Assembly (NCBI GenBank): GCA_964199315.1
Contig: OZ116707.1
Location: 1,550,001-1,614,000, forward strand
DNA: 64,000 nt
Direction: 5' to 3'
Source: Orbicella franksi
Lineage: Eukaryota
The notes under the pieces: generated by a model
What the model was told of the DNA's origin: nothing
The model's database searches: none
The model's input: only the letters and a program-made list of their open reading frames with translations
Program-made: the position numbers and the translations under genes
Shown: positions 50,165-62,005 of the stretch, piece after piece
Position numbering within the stretch: the first letter of the stretch is position 1
Layout of the letters: every line of letters begins with the position of its first letter

Positions 50165-52451
50165 TAATGACAATTGTCATGTCATTGCTATTTTGCAATG
50201 ATCTTTTCAATGAATAGTTGGAGAACCTAACACTCTTTTGTGTTTCGTCTTTTTGCTTCACCTGATTATAGAGACTCTTATCAAAGCACACTCCATCGCA
50301 GAAACCATTTGCACCTTGAAACTTAAAGTTGAAATATGTATAATTATTGTGGCTCGGCTTTACTGGCAAAGTATCATGAATATATCCAGAGATTGGAACT
50401 TTCTTTAGATGATCACATTCCTTTGTATCTCCATCAAACTGTTTATTCAGTTGACCTTCACTTAAAGATGCTGCAAAAAAAGAGAATAAGATTTCATATC
50501 ATTCTTTTACTGGCTGTTTTAAAACTTGGATATTCTAAAGTGCTGGCAGTCTTTGATGTTTTAACCATTTGTCTTAAAGAAACTGAGCTAAATTGTTCCA
50601 TGCTGCCACTCATTCTAGGCCTATCAGCAGACTGAGTTATTACTTTAGCATAATTTACTCAAATGACTATTTGCCAGCGCATTTGGTAATCACGGTTTTG
50701 GGTAATGTCATTAGTTGTTAGGCGAAGGCCTGTAGCTATTAACGGATCTGGGACATTAAAGTTTTACATCGCCGCCAATAAGGAGGGAACACTGCGTTAA
50801 CTTGAAGGTTTAATATACGACAACTTGAATCAATGGCGAGCACATGGAACAGACTTAGTCCAGATGTGCCTGTGCAGCACTAACAACAGCTGGGTACAAT
50901 GCAATAACAACACATGTTCACTATAATTGGTACTTGTTCAAAATAATTGGGACTAATTGGTGTTAGTGGTTATTGCTTGTTATCACGTTAGAGCCAATCA
51001 GGATCATGCATTTTTATGGCCCACAGAGTCAATAATGTTATCTGCTAACAGGGCAATTATAACCAATGAGTGGTTTGTTATTCAATAACAGGATAACAGA
51101 GAATAACAACTTTGTGTTAGGGGACAATATTAGTCAATTCCACCAATAACACGCTCACAGGATGCAAACATCTGCACAACCTGAGAAGATGCTGAAAACT
51201 TCAAATTTAGAGGAAAAGCAAAAGGGTGATAAGCTTTAGATGTAACCATTCACAAGTTTATGACATGATGCTTTGGTAAAATTATTTTGAATCATAAATA
51301 TCATCCTGTTCATTCAATGTTTTTTTTCGATTTTAAATAAACCTGTTCTGTTGAAAAGAAAACTTTTTCAATTAGCGAAAATATCACTGGGAAAATAAAG
51401 TCCGTAGCTAAGAGAAAAGAATTATCGTGTTCTGGCTGTTAAGCGTGGCTGGAAAGGCAAGACCTTATCAGATAACACATTTCAAACATTCCTGCACGCA
51501 GTGCTATTACATAAACTTGACTTGTCTTTGGTCATCTTTCTTCTAATTGATCTACTTGCCATGTATTAAAACTATGCGACTTTGATATATTTGCGATGAG
51601 CAACTGGAATTATGTTTGATACAGTAATGACGAGTCTAAAAAAAATATATCAAAAGCTGTGTTTGTTTTGCTACTCACAACGTTAATATATAAGCATATC
51701 ACATTACATGTACGTATGTTTGGAACAATAGATCATTGAACAAGCTCAAGAGATCATCGAGTCAGCCATTGCAGACCAATTAGAGACTTGTTAGTCGATA
51801 ACAGGATAATGGTTTCCTCGTTAGTGGATAATGTTAGACAGAAATGACCAATAGCGCTAAAGGAACATGTCACGAGGCACCAGATTTTGTCCTTGAAGCG
51901 CAACGTAAACTTCCATCAAAATTATCTGCCCTTGTTTGGCTGGTGCCGATTTTTGCGGTTAAAACATTAGGTTTTAGTGGCTCTAAAGTGAATGTATGAT
52001 CCCACTAGTTGTTAACTCGGGTCTGGTACTATTTTAAAATCATTTTAAACTTATTCTGTTTTGCGCCAAAATACGATCGTTTGCCACGAAATCCCCACTT
52101 TTTCCCTCGAATAAAGAGACATGCTTTTACTATTGGAAAAGTTGTCTCTCGTCTAAATACTCTCCACATATTCCAGCCGTGCGCAACAGCAATAACGCCA
52201 AAACAGATCGTAAAAACACAACTTTATTTGCTATCGTGTGCTCACTGGAGGCCGCACGGCCCATGACTCAAATATCTACAAAGGGAAAGTAAAATATGGT
52301 CACGAGAAAAATCTAGGCGAAAAACTAAGAGGGTACCAACGAGCATCCATAGGATGAAAAAACCTCGCCGCGCTCGCTGCGGTAATGCAGAGGAAAAACC
52401 CCAGCCCTATGGATAGAAACCCTCCAACCTGCTAGGCTCGGTCTTATTAAA

Positions 52452-53450
52452 TTAAATTCCTAATGATTTCAAGACTGAAAGTAGGGACTGAACATTGTCT
52501 TTAACATAACCATCTTTGGCATTTTCACTCTGCCAACGACCGTGTCTCTTAAAAAGTCTATCAGCGATGCCTGCATTGGCAGCAGCTGTGGCTCCTCCAG
52601 CCCTGAGACTGTGAAGACTTATGCAGGAAACGTCAGTAATGTCTTTGAAAGCGTCCTTAACGATCTCCCTGGCTCTGCTGTAGCTTAAGCCTTGACGTCG
52701 AACTTTAGATGTACATCGAGGAGACAAGAGGGCTCTGAATAACGGTAAATCCTCACTAAGATCAATTTCAGCGGCAGCAATGTATTGCTCTAAAGCCTTT
52801 ACAGGACAGGTTTCCAGGTCTGATCGCGCTATTGTTGTCCACGCCCCATCACGGTATTGGTCTGTCTTGGACGACTCTAAAAATATGGACACATAAGTAG
52901 GAAAAAACTTTATGTCACAAGCTCGAATAGAGCATAGCTCACTGAAACGAAAAAACCCAGCATATCCTATGAGACAAAGCTACTGTTCTCAAATCCGATA
53001 AGGAAGGAGACTTATCTGAAATCTTGGAGGATGCAAGCGCCCTCAGCATCTCGGGAGTGATGGGTTCTTTCTTCGATTTAGCCTTCCCCAGAATCCTTTG
53101 AGATGCGCTAACCATGGCAGAAACCATAGGATGCACCGAGACCTTGGGCAAACCGGCCAGCTGTTGGGCCCAGTCGATACTGTAAACAGCATTAAGAACT
53201 GGAGAAGGAGAATTAGCTTCCAGGATTAGGCACTGCAGGTAAACTGAAACTTGAAAGGGGTTGGCAGGCATGTGGCGAATACAATTAGACGACACCCAAA
53301 ACTTCCAACGTCTAAAACCAGCCAGGTAAGTGCAAATAGTGCCATCAGCTCTGGAAGCGAGCACAGTTTCCTGGACTCGACTAACCAAGGGCTGGAGATG
53401 GTCGGGGATAGTGGCAAAGAATTCGGTCCACATCTCTGATTGAAACACAT
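52452..53450 (-). pseudogene. Tyrosine recombinase of the DIRS element, one frameshift
   Basis: LASRADGTICTYLAGFRRW, KKEPITPEML, frameshift ~52985, GFFRFSEL (R), SKTDQYRDG, HSLRAGGAT (HxxR), HGRW, GYV (Y); strong splice acceptor at 53451-53452. Confidence 0.9.
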
Positions 53451-53579
53451 CTAAAATCAAAATAAAACTGACCAGCAAATTAGCAAAATAACAAAGAAAA
53501 ACATGACGTGAACAAAAAGGTAATAGCAATACAAAAAAGACATAAACGGGCTCGAGAAAGAGCCCAAAAAATACGTCTC

Positions 53580-54070
53580 GGCTACACAAATAGCTACCCA
53601 CTTTCGCCACAAAAGAGCTTCTATATATCGGGCACAGATCGTCCCATACTTCATGGTGGCACACAGCCCAACCATTTGGATACAGAAAGACCTTAATTCC
53701 CAGGGCGCAAAAAACAAAAGGGGGGCACAGATGGTCCCATTCATTCTCAAGGGCAAACAAAGGCCCCTAACATTTGGGCACAGATGGTCTCATACTTCAT
53801 GTAGGCACACCGGCCCTAACATTTTAGATACAGAAGTTCCTGAATTTTTAGGGTGCAAAAAAGGCCCCATTCTTCGGGCACAGATGGTCCCACTCATACT
53901 CATGGGCAAGCAATCTCCCTAACAATATAAGCCCAGAACGTCTCATACTTTTCGGGGGTAAAAAACCTAAAGTTCAGGCACAGGTGATCCCATATTCCTA
54001 GGGAGCAAGAAAGGCCCTACCTACCAGGCACATGTGGTCCCATACATCTCGTGCACAAATAGGCCCTAGA
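53580..54070. repeat. Degenerate ~50-bp tandem array with core GGGCACAGATGGTCCCAT
   Basis: Cores at 53630, 53723, 53776, 53876, 53976 and 54026, with a partial core near 53930. Confidence 0.8.
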
Positions 54071-54503
54071 ATCTAGAGCTCAAAAGAACGAACCCTAAAT
54101 TTTTGGCCCTGATAGAAATAAATGATAAATAAATAAACGAATAAATCACAAGAAAAAGAGAGTAAAAATAAAAATAAAATAAAAGCAAGTCACCTCCAGA
54201 AAAGAGCACCAAGAGGACGAATTAGCATAAAACCACTCCTAAATACCCTGTTCAAAACCCCTAGAGAGTTCATACCGACGAGAGAATATTTTTCCGCTAA
54301 TTTCCAAACCGCGGAAAAATTCTACTCTCGTCTAAATACTCTCCACATATTCCAGCCGTGCGCACAGCAATAATGCCAAAACAGATCGTAAAAACACAAC
54401 TTTATTTGCTATCGTGTGCTCACTGGAGGCCACACGGCCCCAAGAGTACAAAGAAAGAAAAAAAAGGACAACAAAACCATATAAAATACAAGAGGAAAAA
54501 CTT

Positions 54504-56783
54504 TCAGACAAAATGGATTCTCAAAGCAAGCATCCTAAAGTTTAAATTCTCATTACCAAAGACGCTATTACATCTACCAGGAATGAAAGCTTCTTTTAAA
54601 GATGGAAGATCCATCCAGTCAACAATAAAATCGGAAAATTTATCGCCGCCGGCGCTAATCATTGGCCAGAAGGGAGCGGAATGCCACAGCGGAACAATAA
54701 GAGTCCCTGATGCCTTGCAGTTACGCATATGAAGTAACACTCGCGGAATAAGGCAAATACGCGGACATACATAATTGTTCTCCCCTGCCCAGTTCATAAT
54801 GAATGAATCAATTCCTTCCGAGCCTGGATTCCAAAATCTAGAATTGAACCTCGGAAGTTTGGCATTTAAATAATTAGCAAAGCGATCGAAAGAGTGCGGA
54901 CCCCAAACAATATCAATGTTTTGAAATGTATCCCACAAAAGACCCCAGTCATCGGGATCGTAAATGCGGCTGAGAAAATCGGCCTGGTCATTCTGAGATC
55001 TAGGGATCCATTCCATCTCGATCGAAATACCGCGATGACAACAAATGTTAAAAATCGACAAAGCTTCAGTCTGCAAATGACCTTTACTGCTGCCAGATGA
55101 AATGATCCTGGGAACATTCTGATGATCTGTAAACCATTTCACAGTCAATCCTGACAACTTGTCCAGTAAAGAAAGAAGAACAAATTTAACGGCCAAAATT
55201 TCTCGCAAAGTAGAACTGGTATGCATTTCCTTTTCGGACCAAGTGCCAGACACAAAATCCTGACCGCATTGAACGAAATAGCCACCAAAACCAGTGTCAC
55301 TTGCGTCAGAATAAACAACGCCAACAGCACTTGACTTGGGCGACATAGGCTTGCCATTAATGGAGTCGATGTTGTTCTACCAAAATAAAAGCTCATTACG
55401 AATCTCAAGGGACACGTCCAAAGGCTGATCCCAGGAGGTTCTTTGCTCTAGGGCCGCATAACAATTTCTTGTCAACAATCTAGTAATATTACCGACAGCA
55501 CACGACATAGAAATAATTTGCCCCGTAATTGAAGCAAGACCACGGGCTGAAAAACTACTTTTTTGAAGACAGGAAGCAATGGAGGATTTCAGCTTGAGAA
55601 TACGCTCTTCGGGAATATGAATCAAACCGTGTTGGAAGTCCAAAACCGATCCCAAGAAGACTAACTTCTGGACAGGTTCCCAATTTGATTTTTCGTCATT
55701 AGCTGTAAAACCGGCCAAAGTCAGGTCCTTACGAACTTGAACACTAATGTTTTCGGCACTTTCGAAAGACAAATTTCCCCCGATGCCATCGTCTAGATAC
55801 ATCAAGGCTAAATGGCCGTGAGCCCTCCAGAACTTAACTAATTGACGTATGACTTTTGTAAAAATATACGGCGCTGAAGTTAAACCAAAAGGTAGCACTT
55901 TAAACTCGTAGAAATGCATTACGCCATCGACTGAAGGCCATTTGAACGACAGAAACTTCATATGTTCTTCACAAATGTCAATGTGATGATATGCCGATTT
56001 GAGGTCGAAGGAGAAGACAAACATCCCAGGCGAAAACATTTGAAGAACAGTTCTTAAATCTTCATACTTGACAGCTTTTTTGACAACAAATTTGTTTAAA
56101 TGAGACAAATCTAAAATAAGTCTTAACTTCCCTGAAGACTGGACAGCGACGTGCAGCGGATTACAAAATTGAGGGTATTCCTGAACTTCCCTTACACAGC
56201 CACGTGCCATCAACTCTGAAATTGCCTCCCGAACAAAACTATCCCTACGAAGGGCGGAAGATCTATTTTCAATCGAAAACGGTAAAGGCGATTCCATAAA
56301 AAGAATCTTGTAACCATTCTGGATAATGTCTAGAACAAAGTCCAAAGCCTGGATAGTATCACGCCAAAATGTGAAGTTCGCATGCAGTTTTCCTTGAGTA
56401 AAGCTGGATGCCTCGATATCCTGTTCAAATTCGTACTGATCCAAAAAATTAAGGTTTTGATCCTGAAGACAACGGTTTGTCTTTGGTGGGGCACATATTG
56501 GCCCAGTGTCCTCGTTTACCACATCGAAAGCACATGTCAAGGCCTCTGAATGAGTTGTAAGGGTATCGACCTTGGGGACGAAAATAACTAGTAGCTGGAG
56601 GAAAAGAGCTAAACGTACCGCCAACTCTGGAGGCGCTAGAAGATGAAAGCGCAGAAGAGGAACCTTTAGGACTAGTTTTCCTCTTTTTCTCTTGCAGTGT
56701 TTTGATCTTAGCGGCAGCTCTTTTCTCGGCTTTTTTAATCTTCGAAGCGTCGGCCTCGTCGTCGGCCAAATCGTCGCAAACAT
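54504..56783 (-). pseudogene. DIRS pol: reverse transcriptase, RNase H, N6-adenine methyltransferase-like domain; one nonsense mutation
   Basis: KLRLILDL, FDLKSAYHH, LPFGLTSAP, YLDD (RT); TAG 55377-55379; YSDASDTGFGG, REILAV, FTDHQN, NDQADFLSR (RH); DRFAN...FNSRFW...DSF..NW (MT). Confidence 0.92.
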
Positions 56784-57173
56784 ACTCTTGCACTGTAGCC
56801 CAACCGAATTCAGATTTGTCGGCCAATTTAATAATTTTTTGCCTATTATTTAGCAAAGAAATACCTTGTTAAGCTCTTCCTTGGCTTTAGGAATATTTCC
56901 ACCTTCCAGGGCTTTCAGGGCCAAATTACTCGTATTGGCCACTTTGCGGTTGAAACTAAACTGTTGCTCGTTTCCTTTCTTCTTGAAGACGTAATTGTTG
57001 GGCTGAAGATCCGTCACAATTTGAACCGCTAAATCAGACTGGGCTTGAAGCAGGTTGGTCTGAAGTCCTTGGATCTCGGAGTTAACGGCTGATAAAATTG
57101 CATTCTTCTGGGCATCTAAAACAGCACTCAGTTCTGGAGAAATAGAGGTGCTGGCTCCTGCTGAGTCTTCCAT
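56449..57173 (-). pseudogene. DIRS gag with CCHC zinc knuckle, one frameshift
   Basis: FKKKGNEQQF, frameshift ~56860, RQKIIKLADKSEFGWATVQEY, CFRCGKRGHWANMCP; its 3' part overlaps the start of pol in another frame. Confidence 0.88.
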
Positions 57174-58369
57174 AAGGATGAGAGCAACACAAATAAAAGC
57201 GAGTCACCTCCAGAAAAGAGCACCAAGAGGACGAATTAGCATAAAACCACTCCTAAATACCCTGTTGAAAACCCCTAGAGAGTTCATACCGACGAGAGAA
57301 TATTTTTCCGCTAATTTCCAAACCGCGGAAAAATTCTATTTTAAATAGATTAAACAATAAACAGTGGAAACATTAGCTTTTAGCAGCTCTGATGTGAATG
57401 TATCATCTCTATGATTGTTTACTTGGGTCTGGAACTTTTTAAACGCTAAAATCGTTTTAAAACTTGATTATTCCATTTTGCACCAAAATACGGTCATCTG
57501 TTGCGAGATCCGTGCTTTTTTCCTCAAATAAAAAGACATGGCCATGCTTTTGCTATTGGAAAAGGCGTTATTCAAATGTGTTTGTTCTGTTCTGAATTTG
57601 TTGATTAAGAGAAGTGCATGTCAATTTAACTATATATTAAACTCACCTCTGTTGTTTCGTGTGAAAGTGACCATGAAGCTCAAAGGAAGCCGAAGTCTCC
57701 TCTTATATAATCGATTTTTGCCTTTCAATGTTCCCATTCAGTCTTAAGTTCTCTGCCTCTTCGCACTTAATTATATTGTATTTTTCCTCTTAACTGTACT
57801 TTTTTGAGTTTCTGTTGGAAGTATTTCATTTGTTGACCATTGATAGGCAACCGATCCCAGACCCTCACGAGTTTGCATGCTGAACTGCAAAGCGAGAAAA
57901 CAGTCCCATGGGTGGTAGGGTGAGTGTGAGAAAAGGCGGAGGAGCGTCGGGTGTCTTAAAGATGTTATTTACCAGTACAGTCCACTGAAATGTGACAAAA
58001 TAGTTTTATTTCACACTCCAAATAAACTGTTCCTTTACTTGACATTTTTAGCTGTAAATTAAATACTTTTTATTTAAACTCGTGATTGGCACCGAAAAAT
58101 TGTACATATGAAGCATATGGGTGCAACGTCAGTTGAGAATGATCCTTTATTGTTCTATTCATGTCTTGACGGCGATACTTTGAAAAGTGAATTAGGGGTG
58201 AGCCCCAAACCCATCGCATGGGAATTTGACCCAAGGTCAACGACAATAACATATTGCAAGTTCCGCTTTCAACTGCATTGTTGTCTAGATGTATACTTCA
58301 AACTGTTCAATGGAAATTATTTTTTTTAGAAATACTTGGATGAAAAGCTTGAAACCTGTCTTTGATTAA

Positions 58370-59460
58370 CTTAATATTTTTTACATTGTATTTTGTAACA
58401 CCTTCATCGGCTTTCATGACTTCAACATCGTGGCGGAAGATGAAAATGGCCTTAATGTCTTGTTTATCCTGGACTCGAGGCCAGATGAAAGCACCTTTTT
58501 TATTCTCTAAGAGAAAGTTGTTCCAACCTTATGAGAAAGAATTTTTCTACTGTTCCAATGTAGAAACCTTTCTTTGTAGACGACAGCAACCCACTTCAAT
58601 TGTAGTTTCTTCAGGTCATAATCCTAAAGAATTAAAAGAAAGGAGTTAATTTTCCTGTGGGTTTCTAGTTTTGATACCGTTTCCAAAAATTCTTTTAAGT
58701 GGGATAAAATAATTTATTGGTTGTATATACACTTGACCTACCCATTCATCTTGATAAGGCTGTTTTGTCTTTGAGATCTGTTTTTAAAGTGAAATTGAAA
58801 GACAACTATCACATTTAAGCTTACAAATAATGAGACACAACAGAATAATTGCTTTTCTGACAAATGACACTAATTTGTATGACTAAAAGTTGAAGAAATA
58901 TAGCATAGATACTTCACTTCTGAAGCTAGGATCCATGAGAAATCCATGAAAAGACAAATCTGAGTTTTTTTGAGCAAAGTAGCCCAGTCTTGTGATGCCT
59001 CAATCCTCTCTACTGTGTAAAAGAACTTCTGTATACAACCAAATTGCCTGTTGCATATCAAGTACAAATGTCCCTCTAAAGGAAACTTGAGATCTATTCT
59101 CCGAAACTTTTCCTTTTTCACCAGGTGATTGAGGTAAAAAACTAGGCATTCTTTAAATTGGCCCTGAGTGTTATCACACCAGATAGCTAGGGGGATCAAA
59201 TCTGCCATGTTTTGTTTCAACTTTGTCAAGTAGATTGTTCAACAGAGATATTACCTCATTCAGTCCTGCTTTAAAAACAGTTCTTTAATAATATTGAAGT
59301 ACCTTGGGCAGTTTAAACATGATTAAGGACTATAGTTGCTGGCGTAGGAGGCAGTATATATCCAGGAGTGAGGATCTAGATAAGGAGAAATTTGAAGTCT
59401 AGGTTAGGGTGGCTAAATTTTGGTTATGGAGAAGTCACAGGTTAGGAGGGAAACTTCAAA
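58370..59460 (-). pseudogene. Decayed Sola-like transposase
   Basis: GLNEVISLL, IWCDNTQGQFK, PLEGHLYLICNRQFGCIQK; C-terminal VAVVYKERFYIG...FIWP..DK..I..IFIF segment; many stops. Confidence 0.55.
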
Positions 59461-59606
59461 CTCTCATATCATCCTGAGCAAGAGATATTTAGCTTTCATT
59501 TCTTATTACTAGCAAAAAGAACACAGCAAGATGGAATGCGTGCCATATTACAATTACGCTTTAATTAAACATAATTAGACAATTTCAATGCAGTAAGTAA
59601 AAATTG

Positions 59607-59950
59607 AATGACTTACCAGCAACCTGGGAGCTCTAAAATGGGGTTTGAGAAGTCAATTGTCATCGACACTTCATGCCATCTGTTAGGCGGTTTAGCCTCC
59701 ACTATTGCCAAGAGCCTGATGATGACTTATCGGTAACCTGCTAACTCCAAAATGAGGTTTGAGAAGTTAATTTTTATGGACGCTTCGTACCATCTGTTAG
59801 GCGGTTTAGCCTCCACCATTGCCAAGAGCGTGTTGACGACTTATCAGCAACCTGCTTCTTCCAAAATGGGTTTTAAGAAATGAATTGTCATCGACGTTAT
59901 GGGCGATCCGTCAGGTCGTTTAGCCTTAACCATTGCCAAGAGCTTATTTA
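59607..59950 (+). repeat. Three 114-bp tandem copies of the RPL13A 5' UTR and first ~26 codons
   Basis: ATGs at 59638, 59752 and 59866, each preceded by C(A/G)G(C/T)AACCTG..C(C/T)AAAATG and followed by TTAGCCT..AC.ATTGCCAAGAGC. Confidence 0.9.
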
Positions 59951-60253
59951 CTGGGCAAAGAATAGGTGTTGTTCGCTGTGAGCAAGTGAACATCAATGGA
60001 AGTTTCTACAGAAACAAGCTAGAGTACCTTGATTTCTCACTGAAGAGAACCAACACCAAGCCTAGCAGGGGACCATTTCATTCCAGTGCTCCAAGCAGAA
60101 TTGAATGGAGAACAGTTAGAGGGATGATTCCACAGAAGACCAAAGGGGGTGCAGAGGTGATGCAGGCTGAGCAAGACAAATCAGATGAGCCGAAGTCTGT
60201 GAATGAGGTGTTGGAAAGTTATGGTTATGGATACAGTCATCAGCAGAAATAAA
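59866..60253 (+). pseudogene. RPL13A: Processed 60S ribosomal protein uL13 pseudogene, internally deleted
   Basis: [52 protein letters not shown]...[32 protein letters not shown]; jumps to C-terminal [10 protein letters not shown]; AATAAA at ~60248; no introns; 5' CTTCTTCCAAAATG. Confidence 0.9.
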
Positions 60254-62005
60254 TTTCTTGCACTTAGGAAAGTTTGCGAGGATACAGATATTTATACAAC
60301 TGTGAAGCGATATCTTTGAACCCTCTATGGTCCATACGCACTTTGCAATGAGCATTATATGGAATTGTCCTCTTTCTTTCGTGCACTGAGAGGCCACAGG
60401 AAATAGAAATGAAATTCTACGAGCGAAGCAACAGGTATTTTGTGTTGTCTGTTGTTTCAATGATCGAATAGACCTCTGCTTGTGTACAACGACAAATGCG
60501 CGTGCTTAATTCATAAACAAAGAGCGCTATGACGGTACTTTCAAAACTGGTTTAAACATTCAATCTTCTTACAAGTACTTGAAGTTAAACACTAAAATCA
60601 TACATTACCTTTTTTAAAGAATGCAGTGTGCTGACAGGAAATCCAAGCCATATTTTGCCGCCATTTTGAGGAGTGAGCGGTCCCACACAAGTTTTAAAAT
60701 CAATAGAATTTTGGGCAATAAAATAAAGCATAACAGATTAGAGCCGTCGTTTAATAAGAGTTTAATAAGACTGCATAGTGTCAGCAGGAAAAAACACTAT
60801 TAACAAGGGCTCTGAGCTTCAAATAAGTGATTAGCCAGCCCTCATCTCGTCAAAAAAAATAAATAAATAAAAATAATGAGAAAGTGCACAAGAGGAGTAT
60901 TGGGATTACGAATTATGGGATTAAAATTTGCTAAGTAGCAATAACAAGAGTAAACGTTTGTTAGAATTTTAGACAAACTTTTCATGAACACTTAGACTTC
61001 TGTTTTAATAAATCTTCATGCATACCATGTTTTGTGAAAAATTAGTTTACTACATCTTGAAAAAGGTGACATTTTAATTACTGCCTAGTTTCAAATAACG
61101 CAATGGAGGAGGTAGTAACTGTGATCATGGAGGTAGTGGTTTTAAAACAAGGGCGTTTGATTTACACTTTGATAAGCTTGACCTTTGCAAATTTTGTTGT
61201 TACCAACTTTCCCCATCGATTCCAAGTAGAAAATATATATCAATGTGTGTATGGAGATTATTGCAACTTTCATTTCTATTTTTCTTGACTGGTATTTTTT
61301 TGCCATCAACTCGCAATTTGCATTATAGACGGTAGTATTCTGTATCTAGCAGAACATATCGGCGTTAAGTTGCGATTCAAACTTCTTTTCGTTGCTTTTC
61401 TCTCTTTTCGCAAGAGTTTTTGTGCTAATCTCAGTTCGCAAGTGAACATTTGCGCGGTTTCGGTTCCTAAGCCTAAATGAGATACTTTACCGAAAATCAA
61501 TCTTACTGCGAAGGCCTGGAAGAAAGGTGTACCGGAACTTCAAATGTACAGGGTAGGTTTTTACGAGAAGAACAAATTAAGGCGCAAAGTTGAAGCCAGA
61601 ATTCTTTTTCACTTTCTAAACAATTAAAGTCAAAAAAAAACTTAAGAATATGAAAACAAATAAAACTAAGATTACAGTGATTAATTTGGTTGGAGAATGG
61701 TTTTATTGGTTACATGTAGCATGCGCTCAAATATAAAGCACTAAACAATTTCAAGAAATCTTCTCTTTTCTCAATCAGGCGGCAACCAGCTAATCTAATT
61801 ATTCCTGTTTAAGTTGTAAAAGTAACTTGAAAAAAAAAGTAACAAAGCAAATAAATAATTGGAACTATCCAATGCAATTGGGTCTAAAAAGTTCATAGGG
61901 CGATAATAACTTTGCGATTATAATTGCCATTGTTTATTCGTAATAGGGCAATCGAATTTTTATATCAAGAAAGCAGTTTAAAATATAATAAAACGGAATA
62001 CTTAC

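Larger units (their letters stand above)
46689..50471 (-). pseudogene. RPA1-like multi-OB-fold ssDNA-binding protein with Zn ribbon, split by a pogo element
   Basis: GYIHDTLPVKPSHNNYTYFNFKFQ...GVCFDK (OB1). Removing 47508-50164 and one TA gives in-frame TIVINKRTKIE; then VSVIGKV...IGDDTSAIKITLWD (OB2) and *IAGVQEIQRYAVCNSYRRRL...ICDSC (degenerate C4). Stop 47069-47071, frameshift ~46975; acceptor at 50472. Confidence 0.65.
52146..57338 (-). mobile_element. Tyrosine-recombinase retrotransposon (DIRS order, PAT-like split direct repeats, MT domain)
   Basis: Repeat A 57191-57338 = 54177-54324; repeat B 54325-54440 = 52146-52263; gag, RT/RH/MT and YR all on the minus strand; no TSD. Confidence 0.92.

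Noticed and set aside
52939-53760. Long hydrophobic N-terminal extension of the recombinase
   Set aside because: The first ~105 aa are read-through of the motif array and the polypyrimidine tract upstream of a splice acceptor
53580-54070. CRISPR-like array (conserved core with variable spacers)
   Set aside because: Cores are degenerate, spacers resemble each other, there are no cas genes, the context is eukaryotic, and it lies inside a retroelement
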